64,000 nucleotides of DNA, taken from assembly GCA_963806035.1 (NCBI GenBank), contig CAWDWO010000007.1, positions 53,150 to 117,149 on the forward strand, written 5' to 3'. Below, piece by piece: positions 8,350 through 20,447 of this stretch (positions within the stretch are counted from its first letter, which is position 1; each line of letters opens with the position of its first letter). The DNA is from Candidatus Krumholzibacteriota bacterium. GTDB taxonomy: Bacteria; Krumholzibacteriota; Krumholzibacteriia; JAJRXK01. The translations under genes were made by a program, and so were the position numbers. The notes under the pieces are model-generated. The model saw nothing but the letters and a program-made list of their open reading frames with translations. It had not been told where the DNA came from and made no database searches.

Positions 8350-11300
8350 CGTGTCACCGCGATTCTGAAGTAGATCTCCCCGCCGGCCGCACGCACACGA
8401 CAGATGTAGACCCCGTTCCGCACCTCTTGACCGAGACCGTTGCGCCCGTCCCACAGCACATCACCGTCATGAATTCCAGGCTCCGCTTGCGAACTCCCGG
8501 CGGCAAAGCTCCACTGGCGAACTCGCTTTCCCAAAAGATCGAAAATCTCGATCTCGACCGGACCGCTCTGAGGGAGTGAATACGAGAGAGTGGCGGGCTC
8601 TCGACTCGGAACGAAGGGATTGGGATAGCTGTGAGCATCGAACTCGGAAGACGCCTTCGCCGTGACACTCGGACCGGCCAGGATGAGCGAGTGGCCGCCC
8701 CCCTCTTCGTCGAGTAAGGCATAGCTGAGCGCAAATCCCCCGGAGTCCAGGATGGAAGCGCTGCCGCCGTCCAACGCAAAACGGAAGGAGACATAGTCCG
8801 CATCGGCCTTGGCCTGCACCCCGACGCGGAACGCGGCCGAGCTGTCCGAATCGATGACGAGGTCCACGGGAACGATCACGGGATTACCATTGACCGCCGC
8901 GCTCCAGTTCTGAGTGCCGTCGGTACGCCGCACCTGAATCGTCTGCAAGAAGCTCGACGGATTGGCGAAGGGCTGTCCCGCGTCGTCGACCAGGTTCAGC
9001 GCGAGCTGGGTGAAGTGCACCGCTTCGGGGTGACCGTTGCTGATGTGAACGGCAAAGCGCTCGTAGATGCGGTCGCTACCGATCAGCGGGCCGGTGTCGC
9101 TCAAGTCGCTGATTTCAAGCCGCAGTGGATCGGCCAGAATCGATAGCGCGACCGAACTCTCGGCCGTCGCTTCGCCGGCCGGCAATCCGCTGTTCTCGTC
9201 TAGGGGGATCTGCTCGGCGGTCAGAGTGATCTTCTGTACGCCCAGGTCCAAGCTGGTCGGACCCTGTAATCTCCACACGACCTCGTCGCTCGGATCGACG
9301 AGATCGACGCTGGCCGTCTTGCCATCGAGAATGCTGAAGCCGGAGGGAACCGAAAGGTGCAGCCGTGCTGGCGGTAGGGTTTGCGCACTGCCACTGAGTA
9401 CAAAATTTCCATGAAGTTCGACGACCGCTCCCGGCGGCAGTTCTCCCCGATCGCGGGCACTGTTGGGCTCCAGAATCGTCAGTCGAGGAACGGCATGGGC
9501 GGCTTCCACGACCTGAAGATTCACGCTCGCGCAGGTATCCGCCAACACGCTGCTGCTCTGCACGTCAGTGGCGTGTGCCACCGTGCGCAGCAGCAGGCCT
9601 GCCGCCGGGGTATTCGGGCAGAGAACCTGCCAGTTCACCGTGGTCTGTCCATCCGTCAGCATCTGACGGGCATTCCCTCCCACCAGCGCCAACTGCGGCG
9701 GCAAGAGCAGCTCGAGAGATCGCTGTTGCAAATTCGCTGGCCCGTCCACTTCTCCCTGCAGGGTGAAGGTCTGTCCCGTACTCAGAACGGTATCCTGAGC
9801 GCCCTGGGGCGAAATGATGCTCAAGCTGCAAGTATCGAAGGCGGTCCCGCCGAAAACCTCGAGCTGCAAAGTGCGGCTGGAGGCGCTGGTGAGCGGCCGC
9901 GCATCGGGATCGTTGGCGTCCAGGTCCACGCGCGAGAGCGCCGCCACCAGGTCGACGGTCTGTACCGTCGAAGGGGCCACGAGTCGAATCGTCGCTTCGG
10001 GATTGGAAGGATCGAGCTGAACCGGAAGAGTGCTTTGGGAGTCCAGAGTGAAACCCTGCAGACTGTTGAAATCGACCTCCACCGGCAACCAGGACCCGGA
10101 TTGCTGTACGGAAGCATCCTGATCCACCGCGAAACGCACGGAAAAAATCTGGCCTGGCGATACGGACATGGCGAGCGGATCGACGCTGTCCACGAGTTCT
10201 GCGCGGAAGCTGAGGGAGACTGGCCGCTGAACCTGAAGATTCGCCAGATCGTCCAGCGGACTCTGGGGCACGATTTCCTGCTGAGTAGTGGAGGACAATG
10301 CGCGCACGATCAAAGCCCGCAAGGACTCCGGTCCTGGAGTGGTCGTGATGCTCGTGTCGAAGTACAGGGTATCGATCTCGCTCGACTCCAGGCGCGGAAC
10401 CGAAATGTCCGCCGCGCTCGAAGCGGGCGTCGCGCTTCCAGCCAAACGCACGGTGAGCGAATCGATGGCCTCGCCGGCGTTGTTGCCCACGACGACCCTC
10501 ACCCCGATGTGCTGGCGGGTGTTGACTTGACTGAGAGGGGCACTCGGGTTCAGGGCAGTGGTCGAAAGAATGCGCAATCCGGCCGGATCGAAGAGGGTGA
10601 GCGTACCGTTCGGCAGAGGCAGATCCGAGTCGAAGGGCAAACCGTTCTGTGTGCCTCGCACCCGCAGGTAACCCTGCGGGGTGCCCAAAATTAGATCCGA
10701 GGGCAAGGCCAGAGGGGAGAAGGCGAGCTGGGTGGTGCCCGTGGGCACGCTCGCCGGCGAAAGCGGATCGAGCACCGCCCCGATGCGCGCGCCCTGAGGC
10801 TCGCCGAAGTCAAGACGTGTCGTGAGGGGATCGAGTACGAGCTGTGCCTCTCCCTGGTTCGTCAGCGAGAGTTTGAACCCGACCGTCGATCCACGCAGGG
10901 CCGCGGCTGGATCGAGAGGCGTGGCAGCGAGGACCAGATCAGCCGGCGTTTCGGTGCTGATCGCGTCGACCTGAATGAGATCCGCGGAGAAGGGGAAGCT
11001 GTTCTCCGTGCCTGCCAGGTGCAGCTGTAGGTCCTGGCTCTGGCTCCCCAGGGCCGCATCCACCGTGGTGGGACCGAAGCTCAGCTCGGCTTCCTGGCCG
11101 GGTGCGAGAGCCAGAGAGCTGCTCAAGGCGCCGCTCCAGAGCCCGCCTCCAAAGCTCGCGAAGGAACTGGCCGCGTTCAGGGAAACCGTGGCGCCACCGT
11201 TGTTCTTGACCCGTGCCTTCAAGAGTAGATTGGCCCCGTGGTGGATTCGAGACGGGGTCACGCTTTTGTCGACCAGCTCGAGCTGTGATGCGCTGCTCAC

Positions 11301-14300
11301 GCTGAGCGGCGTGGCCGAGGAGTCCGCAGGTGCCGTGAACTCGGCCCCTGCTACCGTCCCCGTGACGCGCGCCACGAAGCGGTAGTTCCCCGGCGGGGTG
11401 GCACTCCCCACTCTGACTCGCGAAGAGAGATCACGCTGACCACCGGCCGCGACTGCTCCCAAGGGGTCCTGATCGACCAGGGTGAAATCCGCCGCCGGTG
11501 AGGACTGCAATGCCAGCTGCGAGATTCCGACGGAACCCGCGCCGAGGTTTTCCACCGTGACGCGAACGTTGAGAGTATCCCCCGGTACCGCCTGCGTCTC
11601 GTGACTCACCGAGCGAATGGCAAGGCCGCTGACCAGAAACGAGCCCTGCGGAAGCACGATGAAGCTCGAAACTGCTTGCCCGTGCGTGTCCTGCCCCGCC
11701 AGTTGCAGCGTGGGCCGGAACGAGCCCAGAGCGAAACTCGCGGGGAGGGTCGCCGTGCTGAAATTGAGGACTTGGCTCGACGAGGCCGGCACCACGGTAT
11801 CGCTGGGGAGCGAGGCGGCGAGGACCCCTCCCTGTCCATCCTCGATCTTCAGTTGCGAGAGTCCAGCGTCCAGGATTGCGTCGACGCCCCCGGTATTCTG
11901 TAGCGTGATGCTGAAGTTTAGATTCTGCCCCGGCACCGCGGCCGCGGGAGTGAGCGCGCCATCGAGCGCCAGTGAGGCAGGCGACACGAAGATCGCGTCC
12001 GCGCTGCCCATGGCGGCCGCGCTCGCGAAGGAGACGGTGACCGTTCCGGCAGTGAGAGGAGACGCCAGCCGCAGGCCCACCATTCCCGATCCGTCGCTCA
12101 GCCTTTGAATCCCGCTGCGCTGGGGATCGAGATCGTCGGAGATGATCGCTCCTCCGTTTGCGCTCACGTCCACTGAGCTTCCCGCCGCCACCACGTTTCC
12201 GAATGCGTCGCGAATCGGTCCCGCGCTCAGCCGCGTCACCGAGACCCCATTGGCCGTGTTCTCGCTCGGATCCACGATGGGCACCGGAATCGTTCCCGAG
12301 GGCGAAGCGGGAACCACCAAGAGATTGTTCAGACTGCCCCCAACCGCGGGCAGGGCGGCCAGGCTCACGTCCAGGGTCAAGGGACCGGCCTGCTGGGCGC
12401 TGAGATCCACCGTGGCTTTCCCCGCCACCAGCGAAGCCGGAGAAGGTGTCACGCTCAGCACGGATGGACTCGAGTTGAACGCCAGCTCGCCCGCCAGGTC
12501 GACCTCGTTGCCCGCGGAGTCCCTGGCGACGATCGTGAGAGAGTTGGGAGTTCCCGCGGTGAGAAGCGTGTCGCTGATCGAAAGCTCGAGATGGTCCGCG
12601 GAGCCTGGCAGAGCCTCTACCGTCCAGCGAACGGTCTCCAGCGAGCCGGGCGTGCCGTCCAGGATGGAGGCGCCGACCCGGTGCTCTCCGCTGCTCGTGG
12701 AAAGATGGAGTACAAAGGACAGCTCTCCGTTGGCATCGGTCGAAGCGAGACCATCATCCGTGGGTACGCTGGGGTCTTCCAGACTCGCTCCCGAAGGAGC
12801 GCTCAAGAGACTCAGACGCACGGGAACCCCACTGACCGCATTGCCATAGCTGTCGGCGACTCGCGCGAGCAGCGTGACCGTCGTTCCGGCCGGCGCGCTC
12901 TGCAGCGTGTCACCCACGGCGCTGAGCCGGAAGGCGGCGCCCGCCGACACTTCGATCAAAGGGCTCTGGGCGTTGATTGAAGGCTGCGATTTCAGGCTTG
13001 CCGTGACGGAAAACTGCTCCACCAGGGTGTCCCGCGCACTGGCCGAGAGAAGGCCCGCGTTCAGCGCGCCTTCAGAGGGAGTCAGGACGATTCCGGTTCC
13101 GGTGGAACTCAGCTCGACGGAGTCCGCTGCCGCCAGCACCCGGTTGCCCGCTGCATCGAGGGCGGTGATCGTCAGGGGAAGAGCCTGACCCGCTATCACG
13201 CTGGTCTGCGAGGGAAGCACGGCGAGCGAGGCAATGGGTCCGGCCACGGTATTCACCACGAAAAGGACCGTCTCCCGCGCGACGGGACTGCCATCCAGAA
13301 TTCCCACTCGCAGGCGCAGGGTCTGCACCGTCGAGTCGGTGAGTACAGTGAAAGTCGCATGGCCGTTGGCGTCGCTGCTTGCGGGGCCGGCCTGGAGTGT
13401 GCCTCCCTCCAGCTGCAGGACATTCAGCGTCTGGTTGCCAACTGAGTTGCCCAAGGCATCCAGCACCTGCACCCCGAGGTCCACGCTCGAACCCGCGGTC
13501 ACGCCGGACAGGGTATCCGCGCCCGTGCTCACCAGTTCGTAGGCACTGCCCGAGCCCACACTCAGAAGCGGACCCAGATAGCCCTTGCCCTTGGCGCTGA
13601 GACGAATGTGATAGCTTCCCGCGGTGTCGATGCGCTGCAGGGAAGTCGAAAAGCTTCCCCCGATGAGCTGACCCTCAGAGACGTTGAGCGGAAGCGGGAC
13701 CACCACGGTGCTGTCCGCACCGTCGACCAGGTCGAAGGAAAAGCTGTCTGATGCGGCGCTGGCCAAATTTCCAAAGGCGTCGTACGCCGTTGCACTCAAG
13801 GAGAAGGGGGCTCCCGCGGTCGCGGTCGCGGGATAGGCGAGCTGATACTCAGCCACCATCGTGCCGGCCAAGATTTGCAGGCTCCCGCTATCTCCGTCCA
13901 AGAGCGCCGCCGAATCGTCCGCGCTGAAGGCGTGCGTACCGGCCAAACTTCCCTGGTAGTAGACCGTGGCCTGTCCGCTGACCGCGAGGTTCAGCGTATC
14001 GAGATACGGTCCGCCGCTCTGCGCCGAGAAAACCAGACCGGTCGCGGGATCTGCGTGCACGATGACGGTGGCCGAAGAGCTCGAACTCAGATTGGCGAAG
14101 CTATCCACCAGCGACAGCCCGAAGCTGCCTTCGACTCCAGCCTCGACCGCGCCCGCGGGCGGGGAGAGCCGAATCGCGCTCGCGTTCCCCACTACCGAGC
14201 TATAGACGAGATCGTTGACCGCGCCCGAGGAGACTTGACTCGAGCTAGCATCCAGAACGTCCTGAAGTCCGGCCGTGGAGGGCGCGCGGTACATCACGTG

Positions 14301-16898
14301 GATCAGCCCGTTCCCATCGGTCAAGCCGCGCTGCGTGGCCAGACCGAGAGAATCCGTCTCTCCCACTCCGGAGAGAATCCCGTCCAGCAAATCGCTGGAA
14401 AACAAGGTCACCTCGGCGCCCGCTACTGGATTTCCATAGGAGTCGCTCGCCAAAGCCGCGACGAGTTCCGTGCCACCCACCACGAGGTTCCTCGGCCCGT
14501 TGGGTTGAAGGACGAGACTGCTCATCGGACCCGCAGTGGCGATGGCGTTGAAGTTCACCGAAGGCGCGAAGGAAGATTCCGCTGACAGACTCTGGAGACC
14601 CGCCACCGTGCCCAACTCCCAGAGAGCACAGCTCGCGTATCCGAGCGAATCGCTCAGGGCCGTGTTCTGGTCGCCGGGAGTGAGAGGGTCCGTGTCCACA
14701 CGTCCACCGTCGGCCAAAATGAACTGCACGGTGGCTCCGCTCACTGGATTGCCAAAGGCATCCAGCGCGCGCGTCCGCAGAGCTTGCGCGACGGCAGTCC
14801 CCACGGTGGCGCTCTGTCCGTCTCCCGCGGTCAGCTGCAGATCGCTTGCGGGCGCTGCGAGGAAGCTCAGATCCGCGCTGCCGGATGCCGATCCGTCGCT
14901 GAGGATGACTGTCAGATCCTCCGCCAGCGTGTTGGTGAGTTGCAGCTCGACTCTTCCCGAATCGGCCGCTGCGAAGCTGTAGTCCGCCTCGCCGCCGGGC
15001 AGAGGAGTCAGGCTTCCCGCGCCGCTGCTGGCCCAGTTCAGATTGCTCCCGTCGCCCGAACTCGAACTCGAAAGGTGCACCGTGCCGCCGTAGTTACCCA
15101 CGCGATTTCCCGTGGCATCCAACGCGTCCGCGCGAATTGCGAGGGCCGTTCCCGCGCTTCCGATGGCGCCTGCCGGCAGGCTCAACGCAAAATGGTCCAG
15201 TGGCCCGGCTACGAATTCCAGATTCAGTGGGGGACCTACCGGCAAGCCGTCGAGGCTCGCCTGTGCTGTTCCCGCGCCGGGGGTGGTGGAGCGCAAGCTC
15301 GCATGAAACTGTCCCGAGGCATCGGTGCTCGCGTCCAGTTTTTCGAGCTGCCACGCGGCCGGGAGCGTGAAACCGATGCGACTCGAGTCGATGTTCGCTA
15401 CGGCATTGCCGAAAGCATCCTCCATACGCAGAAGCAAGCCGATGGTGTCGACTCCGTCGGCGACCGCGGAGGCATCGCCGGAGAGCGTGGTCGAGGAAGA
15501 ATCGACGGAAGAGGCCGTGAACTCGACGAGGGGTTGGGAGCTGAGCGTCACGCCCGCGGCCGTTACGCTCACGGGCCTGACGCCAGCGCTCGTCGAACGA
15601 AGCCTTGCCGCGAATTTGCCGTCAGCCGCGCTCGATCCACTCAGCTTTTCCACTGCCACCGCACTGGAGCTGATCACGATCTGCGCGCTGTCGACGCCAG
15701 CCACTGCATTGTCGAAGGCATCGCGCAGGGTTGTCTGCAGGGTCGTGAAATCAGAGCCGTCGGCGAGCGCCGGCCCGGCAAGGACAGCCGTGGAATGATC
15801 GGGGTCCACCGGTCCCGCGCTGAAGTCGAGATCGAGAGTGTCGCTCAGCGCCACTCCGCCCACTGAAACCGCGAGACGGCGGGCCGATGCGACAGTGGTG
15901 CGCAGAAGCGTCGCGAAGGACCCATCCAGGGCCGAGTTCGCCGCCTGCTTTTCGACGCTGAGCCCATCCCCCAATACCGTGAAAACGATGGAGGAGGAAT
16001 CGACTTGCGAAACCGCGGTTCCGCCGCTGTCGCGAAGAACGAGATCCACTTGGATAGCGTCGACACCGTCGGCCACGGCAGACGTGCCGCCACTCAGACT
16101 GGATTGTACCGGGTCGACTGCTCGTGGTGTGAAGATCACGGTGGGGTGAGTGTCGAGCGTCGAGCCGTCCACGACCGCATCCAGGCTCCAAGAGCCCGCC
16201 AGAAGCGTTCTGACTCGCAGGGGAAAGCTGCCGTCGGCCGCGCTGGCCGCTGTCGGCTTCTCGACCGAATAAGCGGGAGCTGACAGTGCAACCGAAATGC
16301 GCGCGCTGTCCACCCCGGCAATCGTGTTCCCGAACGCGTCGCGCAGAATCAGAGTGACCGAGCTGAAGGCGCTCCCGTCGGCCACTACCGGAGAAGTCGC
16401 ACTCACGGAGCTCTGCTGAGAATCGACTGCGGCGGGAATCAGGGTGATGGTGGTTTGATCGAAACCCAAGTCCGGAGCCGCGGAAGATCCGTCGACCACG
16501 GTGAGCCCGACCGGCAGCGAGTTGAGGTGGGTGGCGCGAAACAGGAGGTCCACTCCGGAGGAATCGGCGGCAATGCTCGCTGAACTCACCGCGGGACCCC
16601 CCACGAAGCGGTGATAGCTTCCGGAGGAGTTGTCGCTGAAGAGGTCGATCACCTGTGAGGCGGACACCGGCGAGGGATCACCGGTACTGTCCACGCTGAG
16701 GACCCGAATGGGCAGGTACTCCCCCGCGGTCGCCGTGTCCGAGGAGGTCTGGATCATCAGCGCGGATGGGGGTTGCGCGGCAAGGGAGGCGCGGGGCAGA
16801 AGCACACAGAAGCACACCGTGCTGAGGAGCAGGGAAACTCGTCTCAACGGTGCGAGACGATCGTGAATGCGCGTGAGTGGTCCCGGCATGGTGTTCAT
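8346..16898 (-). CDS. Giant (2850 aa) secreted Ig-repeat protein (invasin/intimin Big_1-like repeats) with FlgD-Ig/T9SS-type C-terminal domain
   Basis: Signal peptide; repeated ADG...RDAFGN / DxxGNPV motifs; C-terminus HSYPNPF...LSYSL...IEIFDLLGKRVR...WDGRNGLGQEVRNGVYICRV...RIAVTR. Confidence 0.88.
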   Translation of the reverse strand: MNTMPGPLTRIHDRLAPLRRVSLLLSTVCFCVLLPRASLAAQPPSALMIQTSSDTATAGEYLPIRVLSVDSTGDPSPVSASQVIDLFSDNSSGSYHRFVGGPAVSSASIAADSSGVDLLFRATHLNSLPVGLTVVDGSSAAPDLGFDQTTITLIPAAVDSQQSSVSATSPVVADGSAFSSVTLILRDAFGNTIAGVDSARISVALSAPAYSVEKPTAASAADGSFPLRVRTLLAGSWSLDAVVDGSTLDTHPTVIFTPRAVDPVQSSLSGGTSAVADGVDAIQVDLVLRDSGGTAVSQVDSSSIVFTVLGDGLSVEKQAANSALDGSFATLLRTTVASARRLAVSVGGVALSDTLDLDFSAGPVDPDHSTAVLAGPALADGSDFTTLQTTLRDAFDNAVAGVDSAQIVISSSAVAVEKLSGSSAADGKFAARLRSTSAGVRPVSVTAAGVTLSSQPLVEFTASSVDSSSTTLSGDASAVADGVDTIGLLLRMEDAFGNAVANIDSSRIGFTLPAAWQLEKLDASTDASGQFHASLRSTTPGAGTAQASLDGLPVGPPLNLEFVAGPLDHFALSLPAGAIGSAGTALAIRADALDATGNRVGNYGGTVHLSSSSSGDGSNLNWASSGAGSLTPLPGGEADYSFAAADSGRVELQLTNTLAEDLTVILSDGSASGSADLSFLAAPASDLQLTAGDGQSATVGTAVAQALRTRALDAFGNPVSGATVQFILADGGRVDTDPLTPGDQNTALSDSLGYASCALWELGTVAGLQSLSAESSFAPSVNFNAIATAGPMSSLVLQPNGPRNLVVGGTELVAALASDSYGNPVAGAEVTLFSSDLLDGILSGVGETDSLGLATQRGLTDGNGLIHVMYRAPSTAGLQDVLDASSSQVSSGAVNDLVYSSVVGNASAIRLSPPAGAVEAGVEGSFGLSLVDSFANLSSSSSATVIVHADPATGLVFSAQSGGPYLDTLNLAVSGQATVYYQGSLAGTHAFSADDSAALLDGDSGSLQILAGTMVAEYQLAYPATATAGAPFSLSATAYDAFGNLASAASDSFSFDLVDGADSTVVVPLPLNVSEGQLIGGSFSTSLQRIDTAGSYHIRLSAKGKGYLGPLLSVGSGSAYELVSTGADTLSGVTAGSSVDLGVQVLDALGNSVGNQTLNVLQLEGGTLQAGPASSDANGHATFTVLTDSTVQTLRLRVGILDGSPVARETVLFVVNTVAGPIASLAVLPSQTSVIAGQALPLTITALDAAGNRVLAAADSVELSSTGTGIVLTPSEGALNAGLLSASARDTLVEQFSVTASLKSQPSINAQSPLIEVSAGAAFRLSAVGDTLQSAPAGTTVTLLARVADSYGNAVSGVPVRLSLLSAPSGASLEDPSVPTDDGLASTDANGELSFVLHLSTSSGEHRVGASILDGTPGSLETVRWTVEALPGSADHLELSISDTLLTAGTPNSLTIVARDSAGNEVDLAGELAFNSSPSVLSVTPSPASLVAGKATVDLSAQQAGPLTLDVSLAALPAVGGSLNNLLVVPASPSGTIPVPIVDPSENTANGVSVTRLSAGPIRDAFGNVVAAGSSVDVSANGGAIISDDLDPQRSGIQRLSDGSGMVGLRLASPLTAGTVTVSFASAAAMGSADAIFVSPASLALDGALTPAAAVPGQNLNFSITLQNTGGVDAILDAGLSQLKIEDGQGGVLAASLPSDTVVPASSSQVLNFSTATLPASFALGSFRPTLQLAGQDTHGQAVSSFIVLPQGSFLVSGLAIRSVSHETQAVPGDTLNVRVTVENLGAGSVGISQLALQSSPAADFTLVDQDPLGAVAAGGQRDLSSRVRVGSATPPGNYRFVARVTGTVAGAEFTAPADSSATPLSVSSASQLELVDKSVTPSRIHHGANLLLKARVKNNGGATVSLNAASSFASFGGGLWSGALSSSLALAPGQEAELSFGPTTVDAALGSQSQDLQLHLAGTENSFPFSADLIQVDAISTETPADLVLAATPLDPAAALRGSTVGFKLSLTNQGEAQLVLDPLTTRLDFGEPQGARIGAVLDPLSPASVPTGTTQLAFSPLALPSDLILGTPQGYLRVRGTQNGLPFDSDLPLPNGTLTLFDPAGLRILSTTALNPSAPLSQVNTRQHIGVRVVVGNNAGEAIDSLTVRLAGSATPASSAADISVPRLESSEIDTLYFDTSITTTPGPESLRALIVRALSSTTQQEIVPQSPLDDLANLQVQRPVSLSFRAELVDSVDPLAMSVSPGQIFSVRFAVDQDASVQQSGSWLPVEVDFNSLQGFTLDSQSTLPVQLDPSNPEATIRLVAPSTVQTVDLVAALSRVDLDANDPDARPLTSASSRTLQLEVFGGTAFDTCSLSIISPQGAQDTVLSTGQTFTLQGEVDGPANLQQRSLELLLPPQLALVGGNARQMLTDGQTTVNWQVLCPNTPAAGLLLRTVAHATDVQSSSVLADTCASVNLQVVEAAHAVPRLTILEPNSARDRGELPPGAVVELHGNFVLSGSAQTLPPARLHLSVPSGFSILDGKTASVDLVDPSDEVVWRLQGPTSLDLGVQKITLTAEQIPLDENSGLPAGEATAESSVALSILADPLRLEISDLSDTGPLIGSDRIYERFAVHISNGHPEAVHFTQLALNLVDDAGQPFANPSSFLQTIQVRRTDGTQNWSAAVNGNPVIVPVDLVIDSDSSAAFRVGVQAKADADYVSFRFALDGGSASILDSGGFALSYALLDEEGGGHSLILAGPSVTAKASSEFDAHSYPNPFVPSREPATLSYSLPQSGPVEIEIFDLLGKRVRQWSFAAGSSQAEPGIHDGDVLWDGRNGLGQEVRNGVYICRVRAAGGEIYFRIAVTR
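15205..16430 (-). repeat. Four tandem ~102-aa Ig-like repeats within the giant protein
   Basis: Repeat starts: AVDSQQSSVSATSPVVADG, AVDPVQSSLSGGTSAVADG, PVDPDHSTAVLAGPALADG, SVDSSSTTLSGDASAVADG. Each is followed by an RDAFGN-like motif and V/LEK. Confidence 0.8.
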
Positions 16899-17057
16899 CG
16901 CAACCCAAGTGTCTGTGGATCAAGAACTTGGAAAGCAATGACCGTGCCCGGAGCGCGGGAATCCAAAACAGTATTTCAGGAAGGTTTCACGGGGGTCTCG
17001 GGCAAGAGAATCGCACGATCCCCGGCCGGCGGCGTACAGGAACCGGCCACAGCGCCC

Positions 17058-17555
17058 TCAGGATGCGTCCTGGTTGCCCAGCTCGTCCAGTTTGCGCATC
17101 CCCTCGAGCATCAGATAGTCGAGGCTGACGTCGAGCAGAATGTCCTCGTTTTCCGGGTAAATCTGCGAGTAGAAGGCGAAGTTGCCCTCCTCGATCGTCA
17201 CCAGCTGAAAGACGATTTCCTCGATCTGACTGCGCACCGCTTCCTTGAGTTGCTGGTCGGTGATCGAGCCCACCTCGACCAGGATCGTGCCTATCCTCTT
17301 CCCGCCGGCCAGACCCGCCTTCATCTTCGCGCCCTCGAGTTGGGAGCGCTCCAGGAGCCCGCTGCGCACCAGGTAATCTCCCAGGCGCTCGGTCCGGGCG
17401 TCGGTGCGCGCGTAGATCAGTCGCCCCTGGTGAAAATAGACCCGAGCCCGTTGCTCACAGCCGTGAAGCACCAGTTTACCCGTGGCCTGCGCCAGGTGCA
17501 GGAGCTGAAAGATGTTCGCCACTCCGAAGAGTTCGATTCGGCCCCGCAAATCCAA
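17058..17555 (-). CDS. DUF4388 (PatA-N) domain protein
   Basis: LRGRIELFGVANIFQLLHLAQATGKL...VYFHQGRLIYA...RLGDYLVRSG...EGNFAF...YLMLEGMRKLDE. TTG start after a GGGGAG RBS (track start 17576). Confidence 0.88.
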   Translation of the reverse strand: MDLRGRIELFGVANIFQLLHLAQATGKLVLHGCEQRARVYFHQGRLIYARTDARTERLGDYLVRSGLLERSQLEGAKMKAGLAGGKRIGTILVEVGSITDQQLKEAVRSQIEEIVFQLVTIEEGNFAFYSQIYPENEDILLDVSLDYLMLEGMRKLDELGNQDAS

Positions 17556-17636
17556 GTTTCTCTCCCCCGTGAACACGGCTCAAATCCGCCCAGGACGGCG
17601 GACTTTGGACCACCCCGCTTCAGCAACGCCCCTGTT

Positions 17637-20279
<2,643 letters not shown>

Positions 20280-20367
20280 TGCTCATCCTCCCGGATTGAT
20301 CCTCAATTGCGGGCAAAGCCGAGAGGAAGGCTCCTGCTCTCGGCGCCCATCGCTAAAAGTGCCAGCG

Positions 20368-20396
20368 ATGATAGGTTGCTGGTCGCGGAGTGTCAA
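20368..20396 (-). promoter_or_regulatory. Sigma70-type promoter of ppdK
   Basis: TTGACA-17 nt-TATCAT. Confidence 0.75.
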
Positions 20397-20447
20397 AGTC
20401 CTCGACAGAGGCGAAAACGAAGGAGTGGAGGCCCCGGGCGCTGAGGA

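Noticed and set aside
15205..16430. CRISPR-like or DNA-level tandem array
   Set aside because: The repeats are degenerate protein-domain repeats of ~306 nt; no identical short repeats with unique spacers were seen anywhere in the window.
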